Under the pieces are notes generated by a model. It saw only the letters and a list, made by a program, of their open reading frames with translations, was not told the origin of the DNA and made no database searches. A program made the position numbers and the translations under genes. Positions 1 through 9,364 of a stretch of DNA of 64,000 nucleotides are shown one piece after another (positions within the stretch are counted from its first letter, which is position 1; every line of letters starts with the position of its first letter). Source of the DNA: a virus (Duplodnaviria > Caudoviricetes); IMG/VR virus record IMGVR_UViG_3300037067_005096, positions 48,084 through 112,083 of that record. The stretch is one strand, 5' to 3'.

Positions 1-502
1 TAAACAGTTCATCTGGTAGCTGCACAAGCTGGTAAGGCTGAACGAAGTCTCCTTCAGTCGATTGTGAATGGAAGAATTTCCACTCACGGGACTTAATCCT
101 GATGTTGTCCCGGTCAACTTCCGGTAGGAGTATATAGATGTTCCTACCGTAGTTGTCGATTTGTGTGAAGAGGTTGAGACCTGGATACGTCTCTTCAAGC
201 AGAGCATCCGTTGACGGGCCGAATACATCCTCGATTTCCTGGCGAGTGCGGGCTGTAAGCAGCAGGTCTCTAAACTCCTGTCGCTCTCTAATGCCCTTAT
301 ACTCGAACGAGGGCTTGGTATCAGCCTCTTTCAGGTCAGTTCGAGACGGTAGGCCCTCATCTTTGCGTAGCTGTCTGATGAGATTCTTTACCTGGTCAGG
401 AGTACCGTCGTGTGTCTTAGCCAGGTCAAAGTCACTAGCTCCTCCCAGGTAATCTTCGATGAACTGGGTCATCGACTCAGGTTTCCAATTGTTCTTAGCC
501 AT
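1..502 (-). CDS. Hypothetical protein, truncated by window edge
   Basis: Read manually: ATG at 502 with GGAGG RBS, open to position 1 (MAKNNWKPESMTQFIEDYLGG...); overlaps stop of the methyltransferase. Confidence 0.7.
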   Translation of the reverse strand, partial: MAKNNWKPESMTQFIEDYLGGASDFDLAKTHDGTPDQVKNLIRQLRKDEGLPSRTDLKEADTKPSFEYKGIRERQEFRDLLLTARTRQEIEDVFGPSTDALLEETYPGLNLFTQIDNYGRNIYILLPEVDRDNIRIKSREWKFFHSQSTEGDFVQPYQLVQLPDELF

Positions 503-1274
503 GCTGTCCTCCCAGCAGTTTCTCTGCTTCTTGGCAGTAATTTGGGTCAATGTCAAAACCGATGCAATCAACGCCCAGTATCCGGCAAGCTCTTCCGGTG
601 GAACCAATACCCATGAAAGGGTCTAACGCCAAGCGTATGTGTTCTACGCCATGTAGCATCAAACAGTTTTCTACAAGTTTTGGCGGAAAGGTAGCGGGGT
701 GAGGGCGGTCTTTGCGAGTGCGGATGGTTTTGTATGGAATGAACCATGTGTTTCCCCTGCATCGACAATCGGTTCTGACACCTTTCCAGCGTTTGACATT
801 CGACTTATCGGCATACGGAACTCCAATAGCCAGCCGATTGAGCGGAACATCACCGTTCTTGGTCAGGTGAAAGACATACTCGAAACAATCATTGACGAAT
901 CGGGATGAGTTGAGCGGCTTGAAATGCCCATACGAATTGCCATCTTCCAGGGCAATGCTCTTCACCCAGATAAACGTATTCTGAAGTTGGAAACTTCGCC
1001 GGAATATAGATAGGACATCATACGGAACCCACGGGTCAGTTGGCTTAGAGCCGAGATTCAAGAACAAACTGCCCTTGTCAGAGAGAACCCTGCCTAACTC
1101 GTTTGCCACATCTACGATGAAATGCAAATACTCTTGCCGAGATACATGGTCATCGTAGGTTCCGTAATCTATGCCCAAGTTGTAGGGCGGAGAAGTCACT
1201 ACAACATCCACCGCCCCATCTGTCAACCGAGATTTCATCCCGGATATACAGTCTTCGTTGAAGATGGTGACCAT
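495..1274 (-). CDS. DNA methyltransferase (N4-C/N6-A, beta class)
   Basis: TSPPY catalytic motif near N-terminus, HPATFP and DPFMGIGSTG SAM motif near C-terminus. Confidence 0.93.
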   Translation of the reverse strand: MVTIFNEDCISGMKSRLTDGAVDVVVTSPPYNLGIDYGTYDDHVSRQEYLHFIVDVANELGRVLSDKGSLFLNLGSKPTDPWVPYDVLSIFRRSFQLQNTFIWVKSIALEDGNSYGHFKPLNSSRFVNDCFEYVFHLTKNGDVPLNRLAIGVPYADKSNVKRWKGVRTDCRCRGNTWFIPYKTIRTRKDRPHPATFPPKLVENCLMLHGVEHIRLALDPFMGIGSTGRACRILGVDCIGFDIDPNYCQEAEKLLGGQHG

Positions 1275-3122
1275 CTATTCCAAACTCACCTTTCTGTCAG
1301 CGATAGCTTCCAGGTTTGCTCTGATAGCATTTCGGTAGCTATCATCTAGTTCAGGAACGTTGACGCCTTGTTCTCGGAAATCCTGATGGACTTCTTCAGT
1401 TATAGTATAGAACAAGTCTACCAGGGCGTCAATAGGCACGGTCTCATCTGACTGCGTAGGTTTGACAGCCCCACGCTGCTCAGTTGTTCTTTGCGCCCGG
1501 CCCTTGTTCTGATTACCTGTACCACTGGAGTTGTCACCCGGAATACGGTCTTTCGGAGCCGTACCCAGTGGGCTGGTTTTTGGCTGAGCATTAGTCTCGA
1601 TTGTCTTGACCCTAGCCTTAACTACCCGGTCGCCATACTTCTCCAAGAACTTCTGCAGCATTTCTTGCTGGTCAGAGTTCAGGTGCATGAACTTGTCAGC
1701 CAGTAGCTCTGGCGGAAGAGAACCGAATGCTTCCACAAAGTATACCGCTGCCTGCGCATAGGTAAGCTCGATTTCTGCATCCTCTCGCAGGTCTTTGGTG
1801 TTGATTTGTGTAAGCTCGATTTCGTAGGCATCGTCACTCGGTGTAATACCATTCAGCATCAACTCGATGTCACATAGACGGCGAAGCCCTTCCAACAGAT
1901 TGCGTTGGACTCTTCGGAGCATACGAGCAAACTGTATCTCCACATCGGCTTTCTTCGATGCTGAGGCCGAAATGTGAGTCTTCTGTGCCGTGGTTATCTG
2001 TAGATAGGCAATAGGAACCTGAAGCCTGCTCAGCAGCTTCTCACGGTGGTATATGATGTCATTCAGATTGCCAAGCTGTGCATTGTTGGCACTCAGCAAC
2101 TCGATTCCACCCCTATTAGTTCCATCGTCTGGCAGATAGAAGTCTGTCTGCACGTCAAGTGGAGCATCCACCTGAGTTACCAGTCCGCTGGAATCTAGGA
2201 TTCGACGCTTGGTTACTGCGTCCTTGTGCATACGAATCCGGGCCATTATCTCACCTGAAGACATTTCAGGCTTGACCGGAATCTTGTGAACCATCTTGTC
2301 ATAGGCTCTGATAAGACGAGCTATCGCCATACCATCTTCCATCTTGGCAAGACGAATCCAGTTCCTTCTGGCTGGAGCAAGTGGCGGGATAGAGAGATAC
2401 CCACGCTTTGTACCGAAGATGAATGGCACTATCTGCCATTCTTCCAGGTCATACTCTTTCCCGGTGAAAACGTCACCATCTGTCTTGAGAGTCCAGCCAG
2501 GACACTTGTCACCACGAGCGTTCGTCTTCGGGTAAATCTGGTAGCTGATTGTCTGCTTAAATGCAACTACCTGCATTGCCTGACGGTCAACTACAACTTC
2601 CCGGAACTCATTGCCGTGCTTGACCATATCCCGGCAGATGTACCATATTTCATTCGGGAGATTGAGTCGCTTAGACATGGCATCTAGGACAGCTTGGATA
2701 CGGTCGGTCTTGGCCCGAATCTTGAAGTGTCGTTGTGAAGCTGCAAGCTCAGAGTACGACACAGAGCAGTCGGCTATGATGTCCAGAGCCGTAGCAACTA
2801 TTTCGTCTTCTGAGTCCATCCGCTCGATGTCTTGGTAGATGGACTTGCGATTCTGGTGAACTCTCCAGGCATTTGCCATATACGTGATAGTCGTCGTATC
2901 GGTGATGCCCGTGATTACCAGATTGTCTCCAATCTCCGGTACAGGATGTAGGGTCGGATTCTGTGGAGTCCCTGTATCAGGGTCGAACAGGGTCTTCAGG
3001 AACCTTCCCATCTTCCTGGCCCAATACGGAGCGGCAACCCGTTCGTTTGCCCCACTGGTTCCTCCATAAGAGCCAATCGGAGATGGCAGTTTATTGTAGT
3101 ATGAACCGATTGGTGATGCCAT
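1275..3122 (-). CDS. Portal protein, T4 gp20-like
   Basis: MEDGMAIARLIRA...DFYLP...LGNLNDIIYHREKL..LQVP resembles gp20 motifs; adjacent to terL. Confidence 0.82.
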   Translation of the reverse strand: MASPIGSYYNKLPSPIGSYGGTSGANERVAAPYWARKMGRFLKTLFDPDTGTPQNPTLHPVPEIGDNLVITGITDTTTITYMANAWRVHQNRKSIYQDIERMDSEDEIVATALDIIADCSVSYSELAASQRHFKIRAKTDRIQAVLDAMSKRLNLPNEIWYICRDMVKHGNEFREVVVDRQAMQVVAFKQTISYQIYPKTNARGDKCPGWTLKTDGDVFTGKEYDLEEWQIVPFIFGTKRGYLSIPPLAPARRNWIRLAKMEDGMAIARLIRAYDKMVHKIPVKPEMSSGEIMARIRMHKDAVTKRRILDSSGLVTQVDAPLDVQTDFYLPDDGTNRGGIELLSANNAQLGNLNDIIYHREKLLSRLQVPIAYLQITTAQKTHISASASKKADVEIQFARMLRRVQRNLLEGLRRLCDIELMLNGITPSDDAYEIELTQINTKDLREDAEIELTYAQAAVYFVEAFGSLPPELLADKFMHLNSDQQEMLQKFLEKYGDRVVKARVKTIETNAQPKTSPLGTAPKDRIPGDNSSGTGNQNKGRAQRTTEQRGAVKPTQSDETVPIDALVDLFYTITEEVHQDFREQGVNVPELDDSYRNAIRANLEAIADRKVSLE

Positions 3123-3178
3123 AGTTTATTCTCCCGTTGCGAGCGTACTCACATGTATGATAACAGAAATCGACCATT

Positions 3179-4786
3179 TTAGGCTGTTCTTTGTGCCTCC
3201 AACCATGCATCCTCGAAGTCTCCTGAACCTGACGTAGCGGCTGACCAAGCAAACCACAATGCCATTATCGTATCAGAAAACTCTCCTCCCGGATGAGTTC
3301 GGAGTTCTGTCATCAGTATACTTATCATCGACGGGTCGTCAGGAGCCAACGGAAATCTGGCTGCCGGAATAGCAAACTTGGATTTCTCGAATGCTACTGC
3401 CATTCCAGGAAGACCGACTTTCTCATCAGCCTTGTTTGACCCTGTTGTAAATGGTTCCAACGGCAAAGTCTTATCTCGCTCACCGATAGCATCTATAACA
3501 GCCTGCTGGTAGGCATTGTTTTCAACCTTACCGAGTCGCCAGTTATGTTTACGAGCTTGAGCTATAATCGCCTCAACAGTATCCGGGAAGGACATCCTCC
3601 GTCGATACATCTCCTTCAAATAGAAGCGATGGTCATGTGGATTCACAGCTATCGTCCAGATGACTGTCCAAGCGTTCTTACGCCCAAAAGCAGACGCCAG
3701 GTCTACCCCGCCATACGTTATCCATTCATCATCTACATCATCTCCTATGTCGGCTCTAGTCAGGTCAAAGCTGCGTTCCAAAGACTTCTCCGGGAATGTA
3801 CGTTCCTCGTCCGACATAGCATTCAAGAGATACTGTCGGGCAAAGACTCGCTCGCCAACTTCCCCTCGTTTGTCATCGAGCTTTGCTTCTGACCACTTAT
3901 CTTCCCACAGGATGTGCTTCGTAACCACTTGTTGGCCGGTTTCCTCGTCAACAAGTGGATTACCCTCTTCATCATAGTGCCGCTCATAACGAATAGCAGG
4001 CACTATCCAGAGCTTGAACCGACCGGTAGCCTTTATCACATGTGTGGCATCAGCTACGTGATACGGTGTGCAAATCCATACTATTGACCCAGTTGCAGAG
4101 ACCAACGAGAACCAGGTTTCCTGTATCGCTTTGATGACCTGCTCTCTCATGGCCGGGTTGATAACCGAGTTCTTCAGGTCAACAACGTCGTCACAAATCA
4201 GCAAGTCGGCTCTTCCACCGGCTCCGGCTGATAGAACACCGGCAGCATCTACAGAAGGGTCTCTCTGCTTGACATCACGCTTTACAAAGAAGTCTGTGGC
4301 CCTGTCTCCTTTTCGGACATCAATCTCCAGGTTAGGAAATACCTCGTGTACACGTTCACTGTCTGAAACGAAGTCTCGAATAAGGCCCAAGATTTCTTTG
4401 GCTTTGTCGTCTGCTGCCGCAATAATCTTGATTCTGAGATTGGGGTTATGCCCCAGTTCCCAAATGACTCGTCCAACAATCTGGATGGTCTTACCGTGCC
4501 CTCTGGGAGCTATAATCATCACACGGTCATTATCCGTGATAAGCGTTTGCCACTCTCTATGAAAATCTTGTTGTTCGACTGGCTCTCCAGTTTCTACGTC
4601 AACGAAAACATACTCGATGAATGCGTTGACATCTTCCCAACAACACTTGATGAGCAATGGTTTGAAGACGACATCATACAGAGATTCCCATAAGTCATAC
4701 TCACGTGCCAATGCCTCTCCTTCGTCAGGGTTGCGAAGGTAGAGGTTCACCAACTCTCCTATGATTTCGTCTTTCTCAGTGGTCAT
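3179..4786 (-). CDS. terL: Terminase large subunit
   Basis: Walker A APRGHGKT, GGRADLLICDD Walker B, C-terminal nuclease GVDLA...SDTIMALWFA. Confidence 0.93.
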   Translation of the reverse strand: MTTEKDEIIGELVNLYLRNPDEGEALAREYDLWESLYDVVFKPLLIKCCWEDVNAFIEYVFVDVETGEPVEQQDFHREWQTLITDNDRVMIIAPRGHGKTIQIVGRVIWELGHNPNLRIKIIAAADDKAKEILGLIRDFVSDSERVHEVFPNLEIDVRKGDRATDFFVKRDVKQRDPSVDAAGVLSAGAGGRADLLICDDVVDLKNSVINPAMREQVIKAIQETWFSLVSATGSIVWICTPYHVADATHVIKATGRFKLWIVPAIRYERHYDEEGNPLVDEETGQQVVTKHILWEDKWSEAKLDDKRGEVGERVFARQYLLNAMSDEERTFPEKSLERSFDLTRADIGDDVDDEWITYGGVDLASAFGRKNAWTVIWTIAVNPHDHRFYLKEMYRRRMSFPDTVEAIIAQARKHNWRLGKVENNAYQQAVIDAIGERDKTLPLEPFTTGSNKADEKVGLPGMAVAFEKSKFAIPAARFPLAPDDPSMISILMTELRTHPGGEFSDTIMALWFAWSAATSGSGDFEDAWLEAQRTA

Positions 4787-5232
4787 AATGCTGTTCCCAC
4801 GAGTATGCCTTCAAACCAGATGTACTCCGGCCATTCCCACTGTAGTTCGACAGCTTCAGTAGTAGCTAGACCATCTACAAACTCGGTCAGTTTAGCTTGG
4901 TCGATTGCCGGACTGAAATTACGAGTTAGTAGTTTTCCTGGATTCTCGTGACAATACCCTATGTACTGTCGGGTTTCTACCAGGGTTTTCTCACTCCCCG
5001 CTGGAGTCAAGCCAACAGTCTCCCTGGTGAAATGAATCATCTTGTAGTGCTCAATCGGCAACAGCACCTCTTTGGCAGCTTCAACACGATTGATAGCTGT
5101 AAGCGTTGCCATACCTATCCTTCGGTTTCGATAGTCATAGCCTTGCACCTGGTCACCAGGAACCAGGTCAGCGACCACATGTTTTCCTCGACATATTATC
5201 AGAGCCAAAGTAGGTACGACTACATGTCTCAT
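4783..5232 (-). CDS. Stand-alone Hint/intein-fold protein lacking catalytic residues
   Basis: VADLVPGDQVQGYD (block A-like), IHFTRET (block B-like), VELQWEWPEYIWFEGILVGT (blocks F/G-like); ATGA overlaps with both neighbours. Confidence 0.6.
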   Translation of the reverse strand: MRHVVVPTLALIICRGKHVVADLVPGDQVQGYDYRNRRIGMATLTAINRVEAAKEVLLPIEHYKMIHFTRETVGLTPAGSEKTLVETRQYIGYCHENPGKLLTRNFSPAIDQAKLTEFVDGLATTEAVELQWEWPEYIWFEGILVGTAL

Positions 5233-5816
5233 TTCAAACCCCACGCCCAGTCTGCGATGGTAGTGAAGAACCGGGCAATCACCGATTCCAATGATTCAAG
5301 GTCAGAATCATTGAGCACGATAGTATCCCAGTCTGTAAAATCGTCTAGTGCCCGTTCAGACGCATGCCCATCTTCAGTGTCAATTCCACCTCGTTGCACC
5401 TGAATGACAATGCCTCCTAATTGCTTAACCATCTCCACCTCGTTTGGGAAGCGAATATCAGGTATAAGCACCATCTCACGGTCAGTGGTGCAGTTGGTTT
5501 GAATCCAAGCACGAAGAGTGTCTACCCAATAGGTATCACTGACCATTCCACGCTTGAACTCAGTGCCCCACCACTGGAGCAGTAGCCGATAGCGTTCTTT
5601 CACACCATCAGTATTCATCTCAGTGAATATGTCTGCTGCCGATTTGGTGTTGCCTAACTGGTTGGCTACCATTGCTGCACACTCTTCTTTGAGAGCATCA
5701 GCCAATGCCCGGCGAGTGGCTTTGACTCCAGCAAGTTCGGCACAGCGTATAAGCATCTGTGCCACTGTGTCTTTTCCACTGCGCTTTTTTCCTGCAATTC
5801 CGATAACTAGCATCAA
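5229..5816 (-). CDS. Deoxynucleoside monophosphate kinase
   Basis: GIAGKKRSGKDT P-loop, ALADALK, RLLLQWWGTE, DIRFPNE, HASE motifs. Confidence 0.9.
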   Translation of the reverse strand: MMLVIGIAGKKRSGKDTVAQMLIRCAELAGVKATRRALADALKEECAAMVANQLGNTKSAADIFTEMNTDGVKERYRLLLQWWGTEFKRGMVSDTYWVDTLRAWIQTNCTTDREMVLIPDIRFPNEVEMVKQLGGIVIQVQRGGIDTEDGHASERALDDFTDWDTIVLNDSDLESLESVIARFFTTIADWAWGLK

Positions 5817-8257
5817 TTACACCCCGCACTTCCACAGTCTGTGCAGACAAAGCAACCTTCCTCAAACCGGAGGGCTTTAGAACCACAACTAGCACAACGA
5901 ACTGATGAGCGAGTTCCGTCCTTTATGTATCGCTTCAGCACCCGTGCAATGACTTTGGTATAGGTGAAGAAGTCGGCATTCTGCTCTTTGAGCAACTGGT
6001 CAACTATGTCCACCAAAGCAGTGCCATTACGTAGTGCCATTGAAATCAGACGGCTGACAGCAGAATAGTCATTGTTCTGGAACGCACTTCCCAGGTCTCG
6101 CACTACAATGTCTTCTCCACCGTCAAAGGCTTCTAGCTCATAACGATTCTTGCTGTGTTTGTTGACATGCTTAGTAATCCTGCCTTGACTGTATGATTTC
6201 GGTAGGTTGAGGTATTGCGCCTCCCCGCCGAATATCTCAAAAGGTTTGTCATCCTTGAAGCTCACCAGCACGATAAACTGCTGAGTGATTCCATGATGAG
6301 TAACCTCTACTTGCTGTATTTCACAGGGCAAGACCTCCGGGCGTTCTGACCATTCCTGACGAGAGGTAATCAGAACACCGTCTCTTGAACCGGCCACATA
6401 GACAGTCAGCCCTTTCAGCCCGTTCTTATGAGCTTCCTCATAGAGCTTTTCAACGACCTCTACACCAGTTCCTTCCGGCAAGTTGATGGTGGAACTGATA
6501 CCGTGGTCTATGTAAGACTGAATAAGGCCCTGTATCTTGACCCGTTCTGTCCAGTCAATCTCTGATGCCGTGACAAAGCAATCAGGCAGACTATCAGCAT
6601 CGGGATTCGCCTGCATATAGTCTTTCACATTGTGATGATAAACCGTATGCTCTTCCCACTTGTCACTGGTAGCATCTACGAAATCGACTCGACCAGCATT
6701 TTCACTGGTCAACTTTCTCCGTCGAGTATACTGATTCGCAAACACCGGCTCTATACCGGATGATGTCTGGCTCATTATTGATACTGTACCCGTAGGAGCA
6801 TTAGTCAACAGTGCTCCATTTCTACGCCCCCAGATAGCGAGTGAATCATAGATGTCTTCCGGCAGATTGCGTAGGAATGGACATTCCTTCTCTCGCTCCC
6901 AGTCAAAATCTGGAAACGGCCCCCGCTCGATAGCAAGTTGAATGCTGGCTCTGTATCCTTCGTTTCGGAGAGTTGCATATATCTCTCGTATGGTTTTCCG
7001 TGAATCCGGTGCATCATAGCGTAGACCCAGGGCTGCCAGAGCATCTGCAAGGCCATGTGTGCCGAGTCCTGTACGCCTAGCTCCATAAGCAGCTTGCTTC
7101 ATTCGAGCAAACAGAGTTCTCTCATCATCAGTATCCGACTTTGCGATGATTTTGTCAAGACACTCCATCTCCAGGTCTACCAGGTCATCGAGTAGCCGCA
7201 TAGCGATATTTACGTGTGTCTTGAACGAATCCCAGTCGAACTCTGCATCAGGCGTGTGAGGATTGACCACAAACCCTTTGAGGTTCATAGAAGTCAGTCG
7301 GCAGGAGTCATAGGCACTCAGTAAAATCTCAGAGCACGGATTCACACAAACCGACTTATATTGTGGGTAGTAGTCAAGCGGAAGATTGCGCCGGTAGTTA
7401 TCAATGAAGATGATTCCTGGTTCTGCTGTGTCGGTCGCAGTCTGACATATAAGACGCCAAAGGTCACGAGCACGTATACGATGAATCTCGTACTTTGTGC
7501 CAGTCAATACCATCGGCAATTCAGCATCGACTGTGGGTTGGAATTGTAGATACCACCAGTCATCATTCCTGAGAGCATCCATGAACTTGTCTGTGACCAT
7601 TACGCTGATGTTTGCGCCTGTCACTTTCGTTCTGTCCCGTTTCATCGTTACAAACTTCTCGATGTCCGGGTGACCGATATTCATGGTTATCATCAAAGCT
7701 CCACGGCGTCCTTGTTGTGCCGTGTGCCGTGATACATAGCTGTAGAACTCAGCAAATGACCAAGCTCCTGAAGAGGTCTTGGCCGAATTAGTAACCGGGG
7801 TTCCATCCGGGCGCAGAGTCGAGATGTCGAGTCCGGCTCCACAGCGTCGTTTGAACAAGTTTGCCAAGTCTCTTCCACGTTCATAGATAGATGAGATGGT
7901 GTCTTCCGGGCTATCAATGGCTACGCAGTTAGATAGACTCACAATTGCGTATGGGTTTCCAATGCCATACATAGGAGACCCACCTGGAACTATGCGTCGA
8001 AAACCATCCAAGGCTGCTCTGATTTGTTCCAGAGACAACGAGAAGTTGGGTGGACACTCACTGTCATAGCTGCGTTCCACACGATGAAATTCCGCAGCTA
8101 TACGGTCGTGCATATCATTTGGACTCAGTTCGTAGTATGCTGTGTCGTCGTGCAAAGCATACTTGTCTACGAACGTTTTTGCAGCCAGGTCATCTCCATC
8201 GAAGTAGTCAAGGCTGGCTTGTAGTGCTTCCTGTTCAGTGTACTTTTCCATTAGCAA
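5813..8257 (-). CDS. nrdJ: Class II (B12-dependent) ribonucleotide reductase
   Basis: SLSNC, NPCSEI, SCRL, APTGTVS, ISSTINLP; C-terminal CxxC...CxxC; no beta subunit gene seen. Confidence 0.92.
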   Translation of the reverse strand: MLMEKYTEQEALQASLDYFDGDDLAAKTFVDKYALHDDTAYYELSPNDMHDRIAAEFHRVERSYDSECPPNFSLSLEQIRAALDGFRRIVPGGSPMYGIGNPYAIVSLSNCVAIDSPEDTISSIYERGRDLANLFKRRCGAGLDISTLRPDGTPVTNSAKTSSGAWSFAEFYSYVSRHTAQQGRRGALMITMNIGHPDIEKFVTMKRDRTKVTGANISVMVTDKFMDALRNDDWWYLQFQPTVDAELPMVLTGTKYEIHRIRARDLWRLICQTATDTAEPGIIFIDNYRRNLPLDYYPQYKSVCVNPCSEILLSAYDSCRLTSMNLKGFVVNPHTPDAEFDWDSFKTHVNIAMRLLDDLVDLEMECLDKIIAKSDTDDERTLFARMKQAAYGARRTGLGTHGLADALAALGLRYDAPDSRKTIREIYATLRNEGYRASIQLAIERGPFPDFDWEREKECPFLRNLPEDIYDSLAIWGRRNGALLTNAPTGTVSIMSQTSSGIEPVFANQYTRRRKLTSENAGRVDFVDATSDKWEEHTVYHHNVKDYMQANPDADSLPDCFVTASEIDWTERVKIQGLIQSYIDHGISSTINLPEGTGVEVVEKLYEEAHKNGLKGLTVYVAGSRDGVLITSRQEWSERPEVLPCEIQQVEVTHHGITQQFIVLVSFKDDKPFEIFGGEAQYLNLPKSYSQGRITKHVNKHSKNRYELEAFDGGEDIVVRDLGSAFQNNDYSAVSRLISMALRNGTALVDIVDQLLKEQNADFFTYTKVIARVLKRYIKDGTRSSVRCASCGSKALRFEEGCFVCTDCGSAGCN

Positions 8258-9120
8258 TCCTCGAAGTCGTCAATACTGTCACTGAAGTCAACCTTGCTGG
8301 TATCGCTGGTACGAACATTCCAGATAGCAGGCTGGCACAGTTCTTTGTGGTTACAGCGTGTGCATTCCTTATCGGATGGGCGAGCCGGGAAATATCCAGC
8401 CTGCACACAAGCCGCAATTTGTGCTATCTGCTCCTCATACCAGTCAGACTCCCACTGGGGAATCACATCAATATCTATCTCCTGAATGAGCGGTGTCGGG
8501 AACAGACGGATTATCTGGTAAGAGAAACCCGTGTAAGTCCAGTTCTTGAACTTCTTAGCCAGATAGTCAAGTGCAGCCCACTGATAGATAATGGGCTGGC
8601 AACCGTACTTAGCACGAGGTTCTGCCCATTTATCATAACTGAATTTGTGGTCGATGACCCGTCCATCTGCTTGTACAAGGTCAATTCTGCCAGTGAGTTT
8701 GACACCACCACGCACTATCTCGAAGTCCTGTTCCACCGCGACAGGGATATGCTTCGGATACATCTCAGCATAATAGTAGCGCACGGCATCTATGACCTTG
8801 TAGATTTCCGACTCTGACAGATTTTCAGCTTTCGCTGCTCGAATGGCTGCCCTGTCCGCTCGTTCTGGAGAGATAAGTTCTCCATCATGCTGAAGTTTGT
8901 AAGACAGCATAAAATCGAGTGTGGAGTGATAGGCTTGACCTCTTCTCATAGGTACTCCACCCGGTTTCCGAATGCCGTCAATGTAGCTGTATTTGTATTG
9001 ACGTGGACATCCCTGGAAGCACGACACACGAGAATAGCCGAGATGAAAGTCTCCGCTTTTAGTATGTATTGTTACTCCAGGTTCCGCCGTCGTTGATGGT
9101 TTGGATGATGTCTTTGACAC
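8251..9120 (-). CDS. PD-(D/E)XK RecB/Cas4-like exonuclease
   Basis: CPRQY, GRIDLV, IDHK, C-terminal CxxCxxxxxC Fe-S motif. Confidence 0.85.
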   Translation of the reverse strand: MSKTSSKPSTTAEPGVTIHTKSGDFHLGYSRVSCFQGCPRQYKYSYIDGIRKPGGVPMRRGQAYHSTLDFMLSYKLQHDGELISPERADRAAIRAAKAENLSESEIYKVIDAVRYYYAEMYPKHIPVAVEQDFEIVRGGVKLTGRIDLVQADGRVIDHKFSYDKWAEPRAKYGCQPIIYQWAALDYLAKKFKNWTYTGFSYQIIRLFPTPLIQEIDIDVIPQWESDWYEEQIAQIAACVQAGYFPARPSDKECTRCNHKELCQPAIWNVRTSDTSKVDFSDSIDDFEDC

Positions 9121-9364
9121 GTTGTAAGCTCCTCACTCCCTCACCAATTCCGCCAGCTTTCTGAATACGTCTCAGATGTTTACGCTGACCAGATGATAAA
9201 TTACCATCGGCATCTTTCACCTCGATACCAATGAATCTGCCTCTATAGCACACCAGAACATCTGGCACATTAGACTGGTATTCGTTGCCGTGGATATTGA
9301 CAGCATACGCTCCCTGTTTTGTCAGATACTCCAGTATCTTTCGTTGTATGTAGCCTTCACTCAT
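9059..9364 (-). CDS. VRR-NUC / Holliday-junction resolvase-like nuclease
   Basis: MSEGYIQ..I, VPDVL, IGIEVK, LSSGQ motifs. Confidence 0.85.
   Translation of the reverse strand: MSEGYIQRKILEYLTKQGAYAVNIHGNEYQSNVPDVLVCYRGRFIGIEVKDADGNLSSGQRKHLRRIQKAGGIGEGVRSLQRVKDIIQTINDGGTWSNNTY

Noticed and set aside
8251-9120. Cas4-like gene as sign of a CRISPR-Cas locus
   Set aside because: No cas1/cas2 or repeat-spacer array; it sits among replication genes as in many phages
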